From an uncultured Bacteroidales bacterium (lineage in GTDB: Bacteria; Bacteroidota; Bacteroidia; Bacteroidales; P3): DNA of 64,000 nt. The position numbers and the translations under genes are program-made. Positions 39,137 through 48,597 of the stretch are shown here, piece after piece. The DNA lies in contig ONJY01000009.1 in NCBI GenBank assembly GCA_900318275.1, forward strand, positions 7,445-71,444. Direction: 5' to 3'. How positions within the stretch are numbered: position 1 is the first letter of the stretch; the number at the start of each line of letters is the position of its first letter. The notes under the pieces were generated by a model. That model searched no databases, was not told where the DNA came from, and worked only from the letters and a program-made list of their open reading frames with translations.

Positions 39137-39888
39137 ACCGTATCGGCGTGCCGCGCCGAGTCTTTGCCCACTTGGTTGTGCAAAGACTGTATGATCTTTG
39201 TGCTCTGCGGCACCTTGTCCTGTTCCTTCTCCCTCACTTTGGGATTGGTCTGATACACGATCATCGACACCACCATATAGATGCCGAAGGCCACCAGCAC
39301 TACACCCGTGGTCTTGTTGAAGCCTATCATCACCCTCGGGGTGAACAACTGCTGCAGCAGCGAGGCCAGACGGCACTTCAGCAGGTCGCAGCCCAGCGTG
39401 GCTACTAGCAGGCCACCAAAGAACCAGTAACGGTCGAGGCCATGGAGCCCCATCTCGCCCGAAAGCAGCGTGATGACCGAAATCCAGTAGACCCAGATGA
39501 ATGGGTTGAGGAAATTGAGGAGGAAACCATGCAGCAGGATATGGCGGCGGCCAACCTTGCCGTCGCTTATCAGGCGCAGACGCCCGTTCTTGTCGCGCCG
39601 CACATGACCTTTCTTTCGGAACGTGTAGACACCCATCGCCGCGATACCCGCACCACCTATCAGCGCCACGTAGACATTGTGCATCACTGCCGTCATGTCG
39701 ACGTTTCTGAGCACCGTGAGCATGAGGAATACCACGACAACATCGCTCAAACTGATGCCCACAGCGAAGGCCATAGCACGGCGGAAACCATGCTCTATAC
39801 TGTTCTGTATCAGGCCGAAAAACGCCGGCCCGAAACTGAAGAACAGCGACAGCACAATGCCACAGAGTATGCCTATTAACAGTTCCAT
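39124..39888 (-). CDS. LysE/RhtB-family amino-acid exporter with C-terminal extension
   Basis: N-terminus GILCGIVLSLFFSFGPAFFGLIQNSIEHGFR and 5-6 TM helices. 13-nt convergent overlap with the LRR gene. Confidence 0.7.
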   Translation of the reverse strand: MELLIGILCGIVLSLFFSFGPAFFGLIQNSIEHGFRRAMAFAVGISLSDVVVVFLMLTVLRNVDMTAVMHNVYVALIGGAGIAAMGVYTFRKKGHVRRDKNGRLRLISDGKVGRRHILLHGFLLNFLNPFIWVYWISVITLLSGEMGLHGLDRYWFFGGLLVATLGCDLLKCRLASLLQQLFTPRVMIGFNKTTGVVLVAFGIYMVVSMIVYQTNPKVREKEQDKVPQSTKIIQSLHNQVGKDSARHADTVYFK

Positions 39889-39985
39889 TTCGCTAAAAAT
39901 GCGGATGCAAAAGTAATAAAAAAAAAGAATATAGCAAAAGTTTTTTTATCAATCCAGTCGCCCTCTGTTTTCCACTCCGAGTCCC

Positions 39986-40070
39986 CTCGGAGTCCCTTCG
40001 GCCCCCCTTCGGCCTTTCGACGGCCTTTCGACGGCCTTCCACTGAAGAAATGCCGAAGGGGCTCCGTACC
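39986..40070. repeat. CCGAAGGG-arm modular palindromic element, copy B
   Basis: CTCGGAGTCCCTTCGGCC, two tandem CGGCCTTTCGA units, CACTGAAGAAATGCCGAAGGGGCTCCGTACC. Positions 40010-40061 are identical to 7783-7834. Confidence 0.85.
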
Positions 40071-40105
40071 AAAATCGTACAAAAAAGTGGCTTGTTTAAT
40101 TTTTT

Positions 40106-40136
40106 TTTGCCAGTTTAAAAAATGTTCGTATCTTTG
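40106..40136 (+). promoter_or_regulatory. promoter of yceD-rpmF: TTTG N19 TATCTTTG
   Basis: TTTGCCAGTTTAAAAAATGTTCGTATCTTTGCAAAC. Confidence 0.75.
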
Positions 40137-40158
40137 CAAACTCAATAGGAGTGTGAAA

Positions 40159-40695
40159 ATGAGCAGGAACGATGACACCATAGTGCGCTTCAGCGGCTTG
40201 AAATCAGGGCGTTACAACTACCATTTCGAGCTTAGAAAGGAGTTCTTCGACCGTTTTGAAAACGAGGAAATCCGCGACGGAAAGGTGGAAATCGACGCTG
40301 TTTTGGAGAAGACGGAACGTGTGATGGTGATGAAATTCACACTTCGAGGAGAGGTGACGACGCTGTGCGACCGATGCCTGGGCGAGATGATGGTGCCGAT
40401 AGAGGGTGAGGAAAGCCTCAACATACGGCTGAGCGACGACGAGGAGAGCGACGACGAGAACGTGGCCATCCTGCCCGAAGGGGCCTTCGAGATTGACCTG
40501 GCACAGTGGCTGTATGAATATGTGGCGGTGAGGATACCGATGCAGCACATACATGCCGAGGGCGAATGCGATGAGGCGACAGTGAGTTATATAAAGAGTG
40601 AAGAGGAGCTGCAGCACGAGAAGGAAGCAATCCGCGAGGTCGACCCGAGATGGGCGGCGCTGAAGGAGCTGAAGGAGCTGAAGGACGAAAAATGA
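40159..40695 (+). CDS. yceD: YceD/DUF177-family protein (large ribosomal RNA subunit accumulation protein)
   Basis: Conserved position directly upstream of rpmF. Motif CDRCLGEM and an acidic tail. The ATG at 40159 lies inside ORF 40087..40695. Confidence 0.8.
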   Translation: MSRNDDTIVRFSGLKSGRYNYHFELRKEFFDRFENEEIRDGKVEIDAVLEKTERVMVMKFTLRGEVTTLCDRCLGEMMVPIEGEESLNIRLSDDEESDDENVAILPEGAFEIDLAQWLYEYVAVRIPMQHIHAEGECDEATVSYIKSEEELQHEKEAIREVDPRWAALKELKELKDEK

Positions 40696-40761
40696 AAGGT
40701 GAAAGAATGACAGTAGAGGGTGATACAGGAAAAGAAATAATAAACAAAAAACAATAATAAT

Positions 40762-40947
40762 ATGCCACATCCAAAACACAGATTCTCGCAGACCAGAACG
40801 GCCAAGAGAAGAACGCACGATGCGTTGGAGACAGCCCAGTTGACCACTTGCAGCAACTGCGGCGCCCAGGTCATGTATCACCACGTTTGCCCCGAGTGCG
40901 GCTACTATCGTGGAAAACTCGCCATCGAAAAGAACGCCGAGGAGTAA
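40762..40947 (+). CDS. rpmF: 50S ribosomal protein L32
   Basis: MPHPKHRFSQTRTAKRRTH...CSNCGAQVMYHHVCPECGYYRG. Confidence 0.95.
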   Translation: MPHPKHRFSQTRTAKRRTHDALETAQLTTCSNCGAQVMYHHVCPECGYYRGKLAIEKNAEE

Positions 40948-40971
40948 GCTACAACCTGAGCAACAAGAAAA

Positions 40972-41007
40972 AGAGGGCTTCGCGAAGACGCGAGGTCCTC
41001 TTTTTTT
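40972..41007 (+). terminator. rho-independent terminator after rpmF
   Basis: 13-bp stem (AGAGGGCTTCGCG / CGCGAGGTCCTCT, including 2 G-U pairs), loop AAGA, then TTTTTTT. Confidence 0.8.
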
Positions 41008-41026
41008 AGGGCCTTGCAAAAAAATA

Positions 41027-41058
41027 TTTGGCCACATGACGCTTTTTGTGTATTTTTG
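41027..41058 (+). promoter_or_regulatory. promoter of miaB: TTTG N20 TATTTTTG
   Basis: TTTG at 41027-41030 and TATTTTTG at 41051-41058. Confidence 0.7.
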
Positions 41059-41084
41059 CATTTTATTTGTACGCGTACCAATAG

Positions 41085-42404
41085 ATGGAAAAAGTATATA
41101 TAGAGACGTATGGATGCCAGATGAACTTCGCCGACAGCGAGGTGGTGGGCTCCATCCTGCAGGGCGCCGGCCACGAAGTGGCGGAGAGCTTGGAGGATGC
41201 TGACTTTGTGCTGATAAACACCTGCGCCATACGCGACAACGCCGAGCAGCGGGTGCGTCACCGCGTGCGCGAACTGCGTGCCGCGCAGGGGCACAACAAG
41301 AGCCTGCGCATAGGTATACTGGGCTGTATGGCCGAGCGGCTGCAGAGCCGCCTGATGGCCGAGGAGGACAACGTGTCGTTCGTGTGCGGACCCGACGCTT
41401 ACCGACGTCTGCCCCAGCTACTTGCCCAGGTGCGCGAAGGGCAGCGCGGCACCGAGGTGGAGCTCAGCACCACAGAGACCTACGCCGACATCGAGCCGGT
41501 GAGGCTGGCCAGCAACGGCATCTCAGCCTATATCAGCATCATGCGCGGATGCCAGAATTATTGCTCCTACTGCGTGGTGCCCTATACCCGCGGCCGCGAG
41601 CGCAGCCGCGACCCACAGACGATATTGACCGAGGCCAAGGGACTCTGTGAGAAGGGCTACCGCGAAGTGACGCTTCTGGGACAGAACGTAAACAGCTACC
41701 GTTACGAAGCCGTCGGGTTCCCCGAACTGATGGACATGGTGGCCGCAATATCGCCGCTACTGAGGGTGCGCTTCGCCACATCGCACCCCAAAGACCTCAG
41801 CGACGAGCTGCTGGAGGTGATGGCTTCGCACGAGAACATCTGCCGCTGCATACACCTGCCGGTGCAGAGCGGCAGCAACCGTATGCTCAAAGCCATGAAC
41901 CGCAAGTACACCGTGGAGTGGTACCTCGACCGCGTGGAGTCAATACGGCACCACATGCCCGACTGCTCGATAACCACCGACGTGATAGCAGGTTTCTGCG
42001 GCGAGACCCCTGAAGACCATGCCGCAACGCTGGAACTCTTCCGCCGTGTGCGCTACGACTATGCATACATGTTCAAATACTCGCAGCGTGAAGGCACCTA
42101 TGCCGCCAAGCACATGCCCGACGACATAGCCGACGATGAGAAGACGCGCCGCCTGAACGAGATAATAGCCCTGCAGGGACAGATAGCCCTGGAGAACAAC
42201 CGCAAGGAGGTGGGCCGCGAGTACGAGGTGCTGGTTGAGGGAGAGAGCCACCGCTCGAAAGAGCAGCTCTTCGGGCGCAACAGTCAGAACAAGGTGCTTG
42301 TGTTCGACCGCAAGGACGCCGTACCGGGCACCTACCGCAAGGTAAGGGTAACCGACTGCACCGCAGCAACGCTGATAGGAGAATTAGTAAACGAGAATCA
42401 GTAA
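41085..42404 (+). CDS. miaB: tRNA-i6A37 methylthiotransferase MiaB
   Basis: UPF0004 N-domain (YIETYGCQMN), radical SAM motif CQNYCSYCVVP, and a TRAM C-terminus. Confidence 0.92.
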   Translation: MEKVYIETYGCQMNFADSEVVGSILQGAGHEVAESLEDADFVLINTCAIRDNAEQRVRHRVRELRAAQGHNKSLRIGILGCMAERLQSRLMAEEDNVSFVCGPDAYRRLPQLLAQVREGQRGTEVELSTTETYADIEPVRLASNGISAYISIMRGCQNYCSYCVVPYTRGRERSRDPQTILTEAKGLCEKGYREVTLLGQNVNSYRYEAVGFPELMDMVAAISPLLRVRFATSHPKDLSDELLEVMASHENICRCIHLPVQSGSNRMLKAMNRKYTVEWYLDRVESIRHHMPDCSITTDVIAGFCGETPEDHAATLELFRRVRYDYAYMFKYSQREGTYAAKHMPDDIADDEKTRRLNEIIALQGQIALENNRKEVGREYEVLVEGESHRSKEQLFGRNSQNKVLVFDRKDAVPGTYRKVRVTDCTAATLIGELVNENQ

Positions 42405-42406
42405 CT

Positions 42407-43291
42407 ATGAGCAAGGAAAACATATTCAAGAGATGGCCGTGGCTGGCACATGTTCTGGCCATGATAGGCGTGTCGCTGGTGATACTGGTGATAGTGTTCA
42501 GCATCATCAAGCTGTATGCCCGCCAGGGACAAGAATACGAGCTGCCCGACGTGGTGGGGATGAATATCGCCGAACTGCAGGCCGACAACCCCATAGAGCT
42601 CGACGTGGTAGTGATGGACTCTATATTTCGCCCCGGGCAGGAAGGCGGCCGCATACTAACGCAGGACCCGAAAGCAGGCACCATGGTGAAGAAAGGCCGC
42701 AAGCTGTACATCACCATGACGGCCTACTCGCCCGAGGACGCCGTACTGCCCGAGCTGGCAGGCCTGACGGTGCGCCAGGCGGTGAGCGAACTGGCCAATG
42801 CAGGCCTTGAGACAGGAGAGCTTAAGTTTGTGGAAGACCGCTACAAGAACAGCGTTATAGACCAGAGCTGCAAGGGCAAGACCGTCTATGCCGGACAGCA
42901 GATACCGCGCGGCTCGGTGATAGATCTCACCGTGGGCCTCGGCGACAGCACCGGACGCAGCGTGGTGCCCTTCGTGATAGGCAAGAGCAGCGACAAGGCA
43001 AGGCGCGACATCCTTTCGGCATCGCTCAACGTTGGCAAAGAGCACTACAAGGGAGTGAAGCACAAAGAGACCGCCGTGGTGTACAGGCAGGAGCCTGACT
43101 ATAACGGCGTCAACAAGTACGACTACGGCACGGAGGTGGAGCTGTGGTACGTCGACGAAGACAAGACCGACGTACAAAAGATGATACAAGACTTCAAGAT
43201 AGACTCAAGCAAGATAGTAGACCCCAACAACATAGACGACGGACGGCCCTCGCCCGACGAGGTGGAGGAGCGTGGCGGTTGGTTATGGTAG
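42407..43291 (+). CDS. membrane-anchored PASTA-domain protein
   Basis: N-terminal TM helix followed by three PASTA-like repeats (LPDVVGMN..., LPELAGLTVRQAV..., VPFVIGKSSDKARRDI...). Confidence 0.75.
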   Translation: MSKENIFKRWPWLAHVLAMIGVSLVILVIVFSIIKLYARQGQEYELPDVVGMNIAELQADNPIELDVVVMDSIFRPGQEGGRILTQDPKAGTMVKKGRKLYITMTAYSPEDAVLPELAGLTVRQAVSELANAGLETGELKFVEDRYKNSVIDQSCKGKTVYAGQQIPRGSVIDLTVGLGDSTGRSVVPFVIGKSSDKARRDILSASLNVGKEHYKGVKHKETAVVYRQEPDYNGVNKYDYGTEVELWYVDEDKTDVQKMIQDFKIDSSKIVDPNNIDDGRPSPDEVEERGGWLW

Positions 43292-43292
43292 C

Positions 43293-45188
43293 ATGCGTTC
43301 TGTGAGCAGTTTTAGGCATATAGTTATGGTCGGGCTGATGGTCCTGTGCACCACAGCGGCGATGGCGCAGGAGATGCTTGTGCCTGCCGGACGGTGGCAA
43401 CAGCGCCCTGCAGCAGCCAAGAGCGCCACGAGTGTCAACCTGCCTTTCTTCGACGACTTCTCCGACTACCGCGGCACTCCCGACGGCGACCTCTGGGCCA
43501 TCGGCGGAGCATACGTAGGTGTCGACTACGGCCTTCTGCCACCTACTGTCGGTGTCATGACCCTCGACGCCCTCGACGCCAACGGATTTCTGTACCCGCA
43601 GGCATCGACGAGCCCCTTCCCTGCCGACACGGCGATGTCGCTGCCCATACGCCTCGACGGGCTGGACGACATAGACTCCGTGGTGATGAGTTTCTACTAC
43701 TTGCCCGGCGGTAGCGGCGCCCACCCCTGGGAGACCGTGGGCGACACTCCCGACGCACAAGACTCCTTGTTCCTTGACTTCTACAGCTCAGCTGACAGTA
43801 CATGGCACACCGTATGGAGCCGTGGAGGCACAAGCGCGGCACGCCTCAGACAGGAGACCGGACACGACTGGCAGTACGTCGCCATACCCATTACCGACAG
43901 CAGTTACCTCGACTCTCTATTCCGCTTCCGCTTCCGCAACCACTGCTCCCTCGAATACAACGGCAAAGCCGGCATGATGGGCAACGTGGACCAATGGAAT
44001 ATCGACTACGTGATGATTGACAGTAGGCGCACCGTGGACAGCATAGGCGTCTTCCGCGACATTACCTTCGTCAAGCCGGCACCGACAATGCTCAGATACT
44101 ACCGCGCCATGCCGGCACGCCAATACCGCAACAGCGACATGGCACAACGGCTGCAGATGACCATAGCCAACCTCTACTCTTCGCCCATAGCATCCTACTA
44201 CAGTTACAACATACTGGACAGCAACGGGACAGTACTCTACACCTATGACGGAGGCTATCAGAACGCTCCCGCACAAGGCTACCAGATAGAGGCCATGCAT
44301 GCCGCGCCGCCAGTGGGCTACGCCTTCGAGGTTAGCGACAACAAGAGAGCCTACACCATAGTGCACAACGCCCGCGAGGGCGCCACCGGCGACGAACACC
44401 CCTGCAACGACACCGTGCGCTACCAGCAGGTGTTCAGCGACTACTACGCCTATGACGACGGCACGGCGGAGAACGGCTACGGCCTCACCTCGACGGCCGA
44501 CACCGTGTCGCTTGCCTACCGCTTCGACCTCAACGTCAGCGACACCCTAAGCGCCATAGACCTGGCCTTCAACCGCACCTTCGAGGGCGCCAACGAGAGT
44601 ATACTCTTCTACCTTACCGTGTGGCAGGCCGAGAACGGCAAACCCGGCACCATCATCTACCGCGACAGCGACACACGCCTCCCGCTGCTGCCCGACAGCG
44701 CAGCCCTCGACGACGAGGGAGGGGCCTTCCACCGCTATGTGCTCGACCACAGCGTGGTGGTCAGCGGCAGCATCTTCGTGGGCATCAAGCAGGTAGGCAA
44801 CGAGTTTATCAACATAGGCTTCGACCGCAGCTTCAACAGCGCCGACCGCATCTACCACCGCACCGCCATGGAATGGGAGCAGAGCATCCTCAGCGGCTCG
44901 CTGATGTTGCGCCCCTGCTTCGGTCAGGCGGCCACAATAGGCATCGAGACCCTGGAGCCCCCCACTTCGCAGATGACGCTCTACCCCAACCCGGCCGACC
45001 GGCAGGTGACTCTCGGTGGCATCGACGCCGCAAGTCTCGTGACACTATACGACATGCAGGGCCGACGTATGCTGGACACCAAGGGCAACACCGTCGCCAC
45101 CGACGACCTGCCCGACGGCATGTATATCGTGAAGATAGTCACACGTGCCGGCGCGCTGCACACCAAGAAGCTCATCATCAGACATTGA
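43293..45188 (+). CDS. secreted protein of unknown function with T9SS C-terminal sorting domain
   Basis: Signal peptide MRSVSSFRHIVMVGLMVLCTTAAMAQ. CTD: LYPNPADRQVTLGG...LPDGMYIVKIVTRAGALHTKKLIIRH. Confidence 0.75.
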   Translation: MRSVSSFRHIVMVGLMVLCTTAAMAQEMLVPAGRWQQRPAAAKSATSVNLPFFDDFSDYRGTPDGDLWAIGGAYVGVDYGLLPPTVGVMTLDALDANGFLYPQASTSPFPADTAMSLPIRLDGLDDIDSVVMSFYYLPGGSGAHPWETVGDTPDAQDSLFLDFYSSADSTWHTVWSRGGTSAARLRQETGHDWQYVAIPITDSSYLDSLFRFRFRNHCSLEYNGKAGMMGNVDQWNIDYVMIDSRRTVDSIGVFRDITFVKPAPTMLRYYRAMPARQYRNSDMAQRLQMTIANLYSSPIASYYSYNILDSNGTVLYTYDGGYQNAPAQGYQIEAMHAAPPVGYAFEVSDNKRAYTIVHNAREGATGDEHPCNDTVRYQQVFSDYYAYDDGTAENGYGLTSTADTVSLAYRFDLNVSDTLSAIDLAFNRTFEGANESILFYLTVWQAENGKPGTIIYRDSDTRLPLLPDSAALDDEGGAFHRYVLDHSVVVSGSIFVGIKQVGNEFINIGFDRSFNSADRIYHRTAMEWEQSILSGSLMLRPCFGQAATIGIETLEPPTSQMTLYPNPADRQVTLGGIDAASLVTLYDMQGRRMLDTKGNTVATDDLPDGMYIVKIVTRAGALHTKKLIIRH

Positions 45189-45192
45189 CGTC

Positions 45193-46212
45193 ATGGACGA
45201 GGAACCCTTTGAGATAGAACAACAGGAGCAGGAGCTCTACGAGCACCACCGCTTCGCCGTCGACCGCGGGCAGGAGGCTCTGCGTCTCGACATATACCTG
45301 CAGATGCGCCTCAGCGGCGTCTCGCGCACCAAGATACAGGCCGCCGCAAAAGCCGGCTGCATACAGGTGAACGACAAAGCCGCCAAGCCGAGCTACAAGG
45401 TTAAGCCACAGGACGTCATCAGCGTGCTGCTGCCTGAGCCGCCACACGAGTTCGAGCTGACACCCGAGAAGATAGACTTCCCCATCGTCTATGAAGACGA
45501 CGAAGTGCTTGTCATCGACAAGCCCGCTGGCTTGGTGGTGCACCCCGGTGTGGGAAACTGGACAGGCACGCTGGTCAACGGCTTGCTCTACTATCTCGGA
45601 GACAAAGCATCCCCCTACCTCGTGCACCGCATCGACAAGGACACCTCGGGCCTGCTGCTCGTAGCCAAGACCGAGGAGGCGCAGGTGGTCCTCGCCAAGC
45701 AGTTCTTCGACCACACCATAGAGCGTAAGTACAACGCCTTGGTGTGGGGCGACTTCGACGAAGACGACGGCACCATCGTAGGCAACCTGGCACGCTCGCC
45801 TAAAGACCGCCGCATCATGGCCGTCTGCGACGAGGAGCATGGCAAACACGCCGTCACCCATTGGCATGTGCTGGAGCGCTTCGGCTACGTCACCCTCGTC
45901 GAGTGCGTCCTCGAGACCGGCCGCACCCACCAGATACGCGCCCACATGAAGCACATAGGGCATCCGCTGTTCAGCGACGCCTCCTACGGCGGCGACACCA
46001 TCCTCAAAGGCACCACCTTCAGCCGCTACAAGCAGTTCGTGGAGAACTGCTTCGAGGCCTGTCCGCGCCAGGCCCTGCACGCCCGCATCCTCGGCTTCGA
46101 ACACCCGCGCACCGGCAAACACATGCACTTCGAAAGCCCCCTGCCCGACGACATGCAGGCACTCCTCGAGCGCTGGCGCAAATACAGCACTAACAAAGAC
46201 TTGTTGGCATGA
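45193..46212 (+). CDS. rluD: RluA-family 23S rRNA pseudouridine synthase (RluD-like)
   Basis: S4 domain (RLDIYLQMRLSGVSRTKIQ), catalytic motif HRIDKDTSGLLLVAK, and GRTHQIRAH. Confidence 0.88.
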   Translation: MDEEPFEIEQQEQELYEHHRFAVDRGQEALRLDIYLQMRLSGVSRTKIQAAAKAGCIQVNDKAAKPSYKVKPQDVISVLLPEPPHEFELTPEKIDFPIVYEDDEVLVIDKPAGLVVHPGVGNWTGTLVNGLLYYLGDKASPYLVHRIDKDTSGLLLVAKTEEAQVVLAKQFFDHTIERKYNALVWGDFDEDDGTIVGNLARSPKDRRIMAVCDEEHGKHAVTHWHVLERFGYVTLVECVLETGRTHQIRAHMKHIGHPLFSDASYGGDTILKGTTFSRYKQFVENCFEACPRQALHARILGFEHPRTGKHMHFESPLPDDMQALLERWRKYSTNKDLLA

Positions 46213-48269
46213 AGAAACACCTCATGATGGCAATCATGCTGATTGCCGCGCTGTGCCGCATTGCTGTGGCACAGACCTTCCCTTGGCAGGATACCCAGAA
46301 ACCCCTCGACCAGCGTGTGGAGTGGCTCATACAGAACCTCACCCTCGACGAGAAACTGAGCCTCATGGTGCACCAGAATCCCGCCATCCCTCGCGTGGGG
46401 CTGAAGCCCTACAGCTGGTGGAACGAAGCTTTGCATGGCGTGGGCCGCGCCGGCTACGCCACCGTCTACCCCATGCCCATAGCCCTCGCGGCCACATTCA
46501 ATCCCACCCTGATTCACAACGTCTTTAGCGACATAGCAAAAGAGGCGCACATGAAATATCGTGCTGCGCAGGATACCGGCGGCACCGGCGACTACACCGG
46601 CCTCACCTTCTTCACCCCCAATATCAACATCTTCCGCGACCCACGCTGGGGGCGCGGCATGGAGACCTACGGCGAGGACCCCTACCTCACCGCAATGATG
46701 GGTATGGCCTGCGTGGAAGGGCTGCAAGGCGGACATACTGCCGCCTGCCTCAAGCACTTCGCCGTGCATAGCGGTCCCGAAGGCGTGCGCCATGAGTTCG
46801 ACAGTCGCGTCAGCGAGCGCGACCTGCGCACCACCTACCTCCCGGCCTTCGAATACATCATCAAGCATAGCGGCGTGGCGCAGGTGATGTGTGGCTACAA
46901 CCGCCTCAACGGCGAGCCCTGCTGCACAAACCGGCGCCTCTTCGACATACTGCGCAACGAGTGGCTGTACGACGGCATCCTCGTCACCGACTGCTGGGCG
47001 CTTAACGACGCCTACGAGCGCGACACCGTCATTCCGCGCCACCGCACCCACGCCACCGCCGCCCTTGCCTACGGCGACGCCTTCGGCCGCGAGGTGGACC
47101 TCGAATGCGGCAGCGGCCTGCCGGCACTCCGCGAAGCCGTGCAGCAGGGATTGGTGCCCGAGAGCAAGGTCGACGAGCATGTACGGCGTCTGCTGAAGGT
47201 ACGTCTGGCGGTAACTGGCTATAATCCAAAGACAGCCAATGCGGTCAACACCGATGCGGCAAGCATAGCCGCCGAAAGCATGGTGCTGTTAAAGAACGAC
47301 GGCGTGCTGCCGCTCAAGGAGGGCGAAAACCTACGCCTCGAAGGCCCCAACGCTTGGGACAGCCTCATGCCGCTGGGCAACTACAACGGCACTCCGCGCC
47401 ACACCGTCACCATCGGCGAAGCCCTCAGCCGCTACCAGGCACTCAGCGCCGGCGACGGCAAGACACTCGTCTATGTCGGCGGCCTCAACCCACAACTCGA
47501 GGGCGAGGAGTTGCCTGTGGAGAAGGAGGGGTTCTACAAAGGCGACCGTACGCTGATTGAGCTGCCGAGAGAGCAGGTTGCTGAAATCAAAGCCTTCAGG
47601 CAGCAGGACTACCGCATCGTGCTGGTGCTCTGCACGGGCAGCGCCATCGCCCTTGAGAACGTCATCGACGACTGCGACGCCGTACTCGTCGCCTGGTACG
47701 GCGGGCAAGATATGGGCACCGCCGTCCGCCGGCTGCTCTTCGGCGAAGAGGACACCTTCGGACACCTGCCCGTCACCTTCTACCGCAGCACCGACCAGCT
47801 GCCCGACTTCAGCGACTACAGCATGCAGGGCCGCACCTACCGCTACCCCGCCTCCGAGCCACTCTTCCCCTTCGGCTACGGCCTTAGCTACAGCTTCTAC
47901 CAGCTCTACGAAACCACCGTCAGCGAAGCCGATTTCACCGTCAGCGGCATCATAAGCCAATGCAACACCGACGTCCCCGGCGCCGCGAGCCACAGCGCCG
48001 CCATCCAAGTCTACCTGAAGAACGACTCCGACCCCGACGCCCCAGTCAAACAGCTCGTAGGACTCTGCCCAACAGTCTTCCTCAAAGGCGAACCCACCCG
48101 CAAACCATTCAGCATCAGGCTCGACCCCTTCTGGTTCCGCCAATACAACCCCGAAACCGGCATGATGGAAGAGCCCAAGGACGGCACCCGCTTCACCCTC
48201 CAGGTGGGCTTCAGCAGCGACGACCGCGACCTCTTCGACTACCCCTTCATCTATCACAACCGCAAGTAG
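46209..48269 (+). CDS. glycoside hydrolase family 3 (beta-glucosidase/beta-xylosidase-like)
   Basis: Signal peptide. Motifs WWNEALHGV, PNINIFRDPRWGRGMETYGEDP, and the nucleophile context GILVTDCWAL. Confidence 0.88.
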   Translation: MKKHLMMAIMLIAALCRIAVAQTFPWQDTQKPLDQRVEWLIQNLTLDEKLSLMVHQNPAIPRVGLKPYSWWNEALHGVGRAGYATVYPMPIALAATFNPTLIHNVFSDIAKEAHMKYRAAQDTGGTGDYTGLTFFTPNINIFRDPRWGRGMETYGEDPYLTAMMGMACVEGLQGGHTAACLKHFAVHSGPEGVRHEFDSRVSERDLRTTYLPAFEYIIKHSGVAQVMCGYNRLNGEPCCTNRRLFDILRNEWLYDGILVTDCWALNDAYERDTVIPRHRTHATAALAYGDAFGREVDLECGSGLPALREAVQQGLVPESKVDEHVRRLLKVRLAVTGYNPKTANAVNTDAASIAAESMVLLKNDGVLPLKEGENLRLEGPNAWDSLMPLGNYNGTPRHTVTIGEALSRYQALSAGDGKTLVYVGGLNPQLEGEELPVEKEGFYKGDRTLIELPREQVAEIKAFRQQDYRIVLVLCTGSAIALENVIDDCDAVLVAWYGGQDMGTAVRRLLFGEEDTFGHLPVTFYRSTDQLPDFSDYSMQGRTYRYPASEPLFPFGYGLSYSFYQLYETTVSEADFTVSGIISQCNTDVPGAASHSAAIQVYLKNDSDPDAPVKQLVGLCPTVFLKGEPTRKPFSIRLDPFWFRQYNPETGMMEEPKDGTRFTLQVGFSSDDRDLFDYPFIYHNRK

Positions 48270-48386
48270 CGCACCTCCGCCCGAACCATCGGTTTTTACA
48301 TCCCCGCACCACCATTTTCCGACGCCCGGAAGAGGCATTTTTTCATATCTGAACATCAGCCTTTTACCGCATCATCTCTTATATTG

Positions 48387-48419
48387 GTCTTTAGTTAGTC
48401 TTTAGTATGTCTTTAATTA
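48387..48419. repeat. tandem array of three 11-nt units (GTCTTTAGTTA, GTCTTTAGTAT, GTCTTTAATTA)
   Basis: Read directly in the convergent intergenic region. Confidence 0.8.
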
Positions 48420-48597
48420 GGCTTACAAATGTAAGTGATAGTAAGGTGATATATATGTTATATATAGTGAAAATCAAGCTGTTCAAGCGCTGGAACACCC
48501 CTATGACAGCAAAGCCTGGACGGCAGCAACGGGGATAGCGTGCCGCCAACGGGCAGCGCTATGCCGCCAGGCGGCAGCAGAAAAAAGAAGGATAGTT

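Noticed and set aside
40204-41061. 285-aa minus-strand ORF spanning yceD, rpmF and their terminator
   Set aside because: It crosses two well-supported plus-strand genes and an intrinsic terminator. Its translation is low-complexity.
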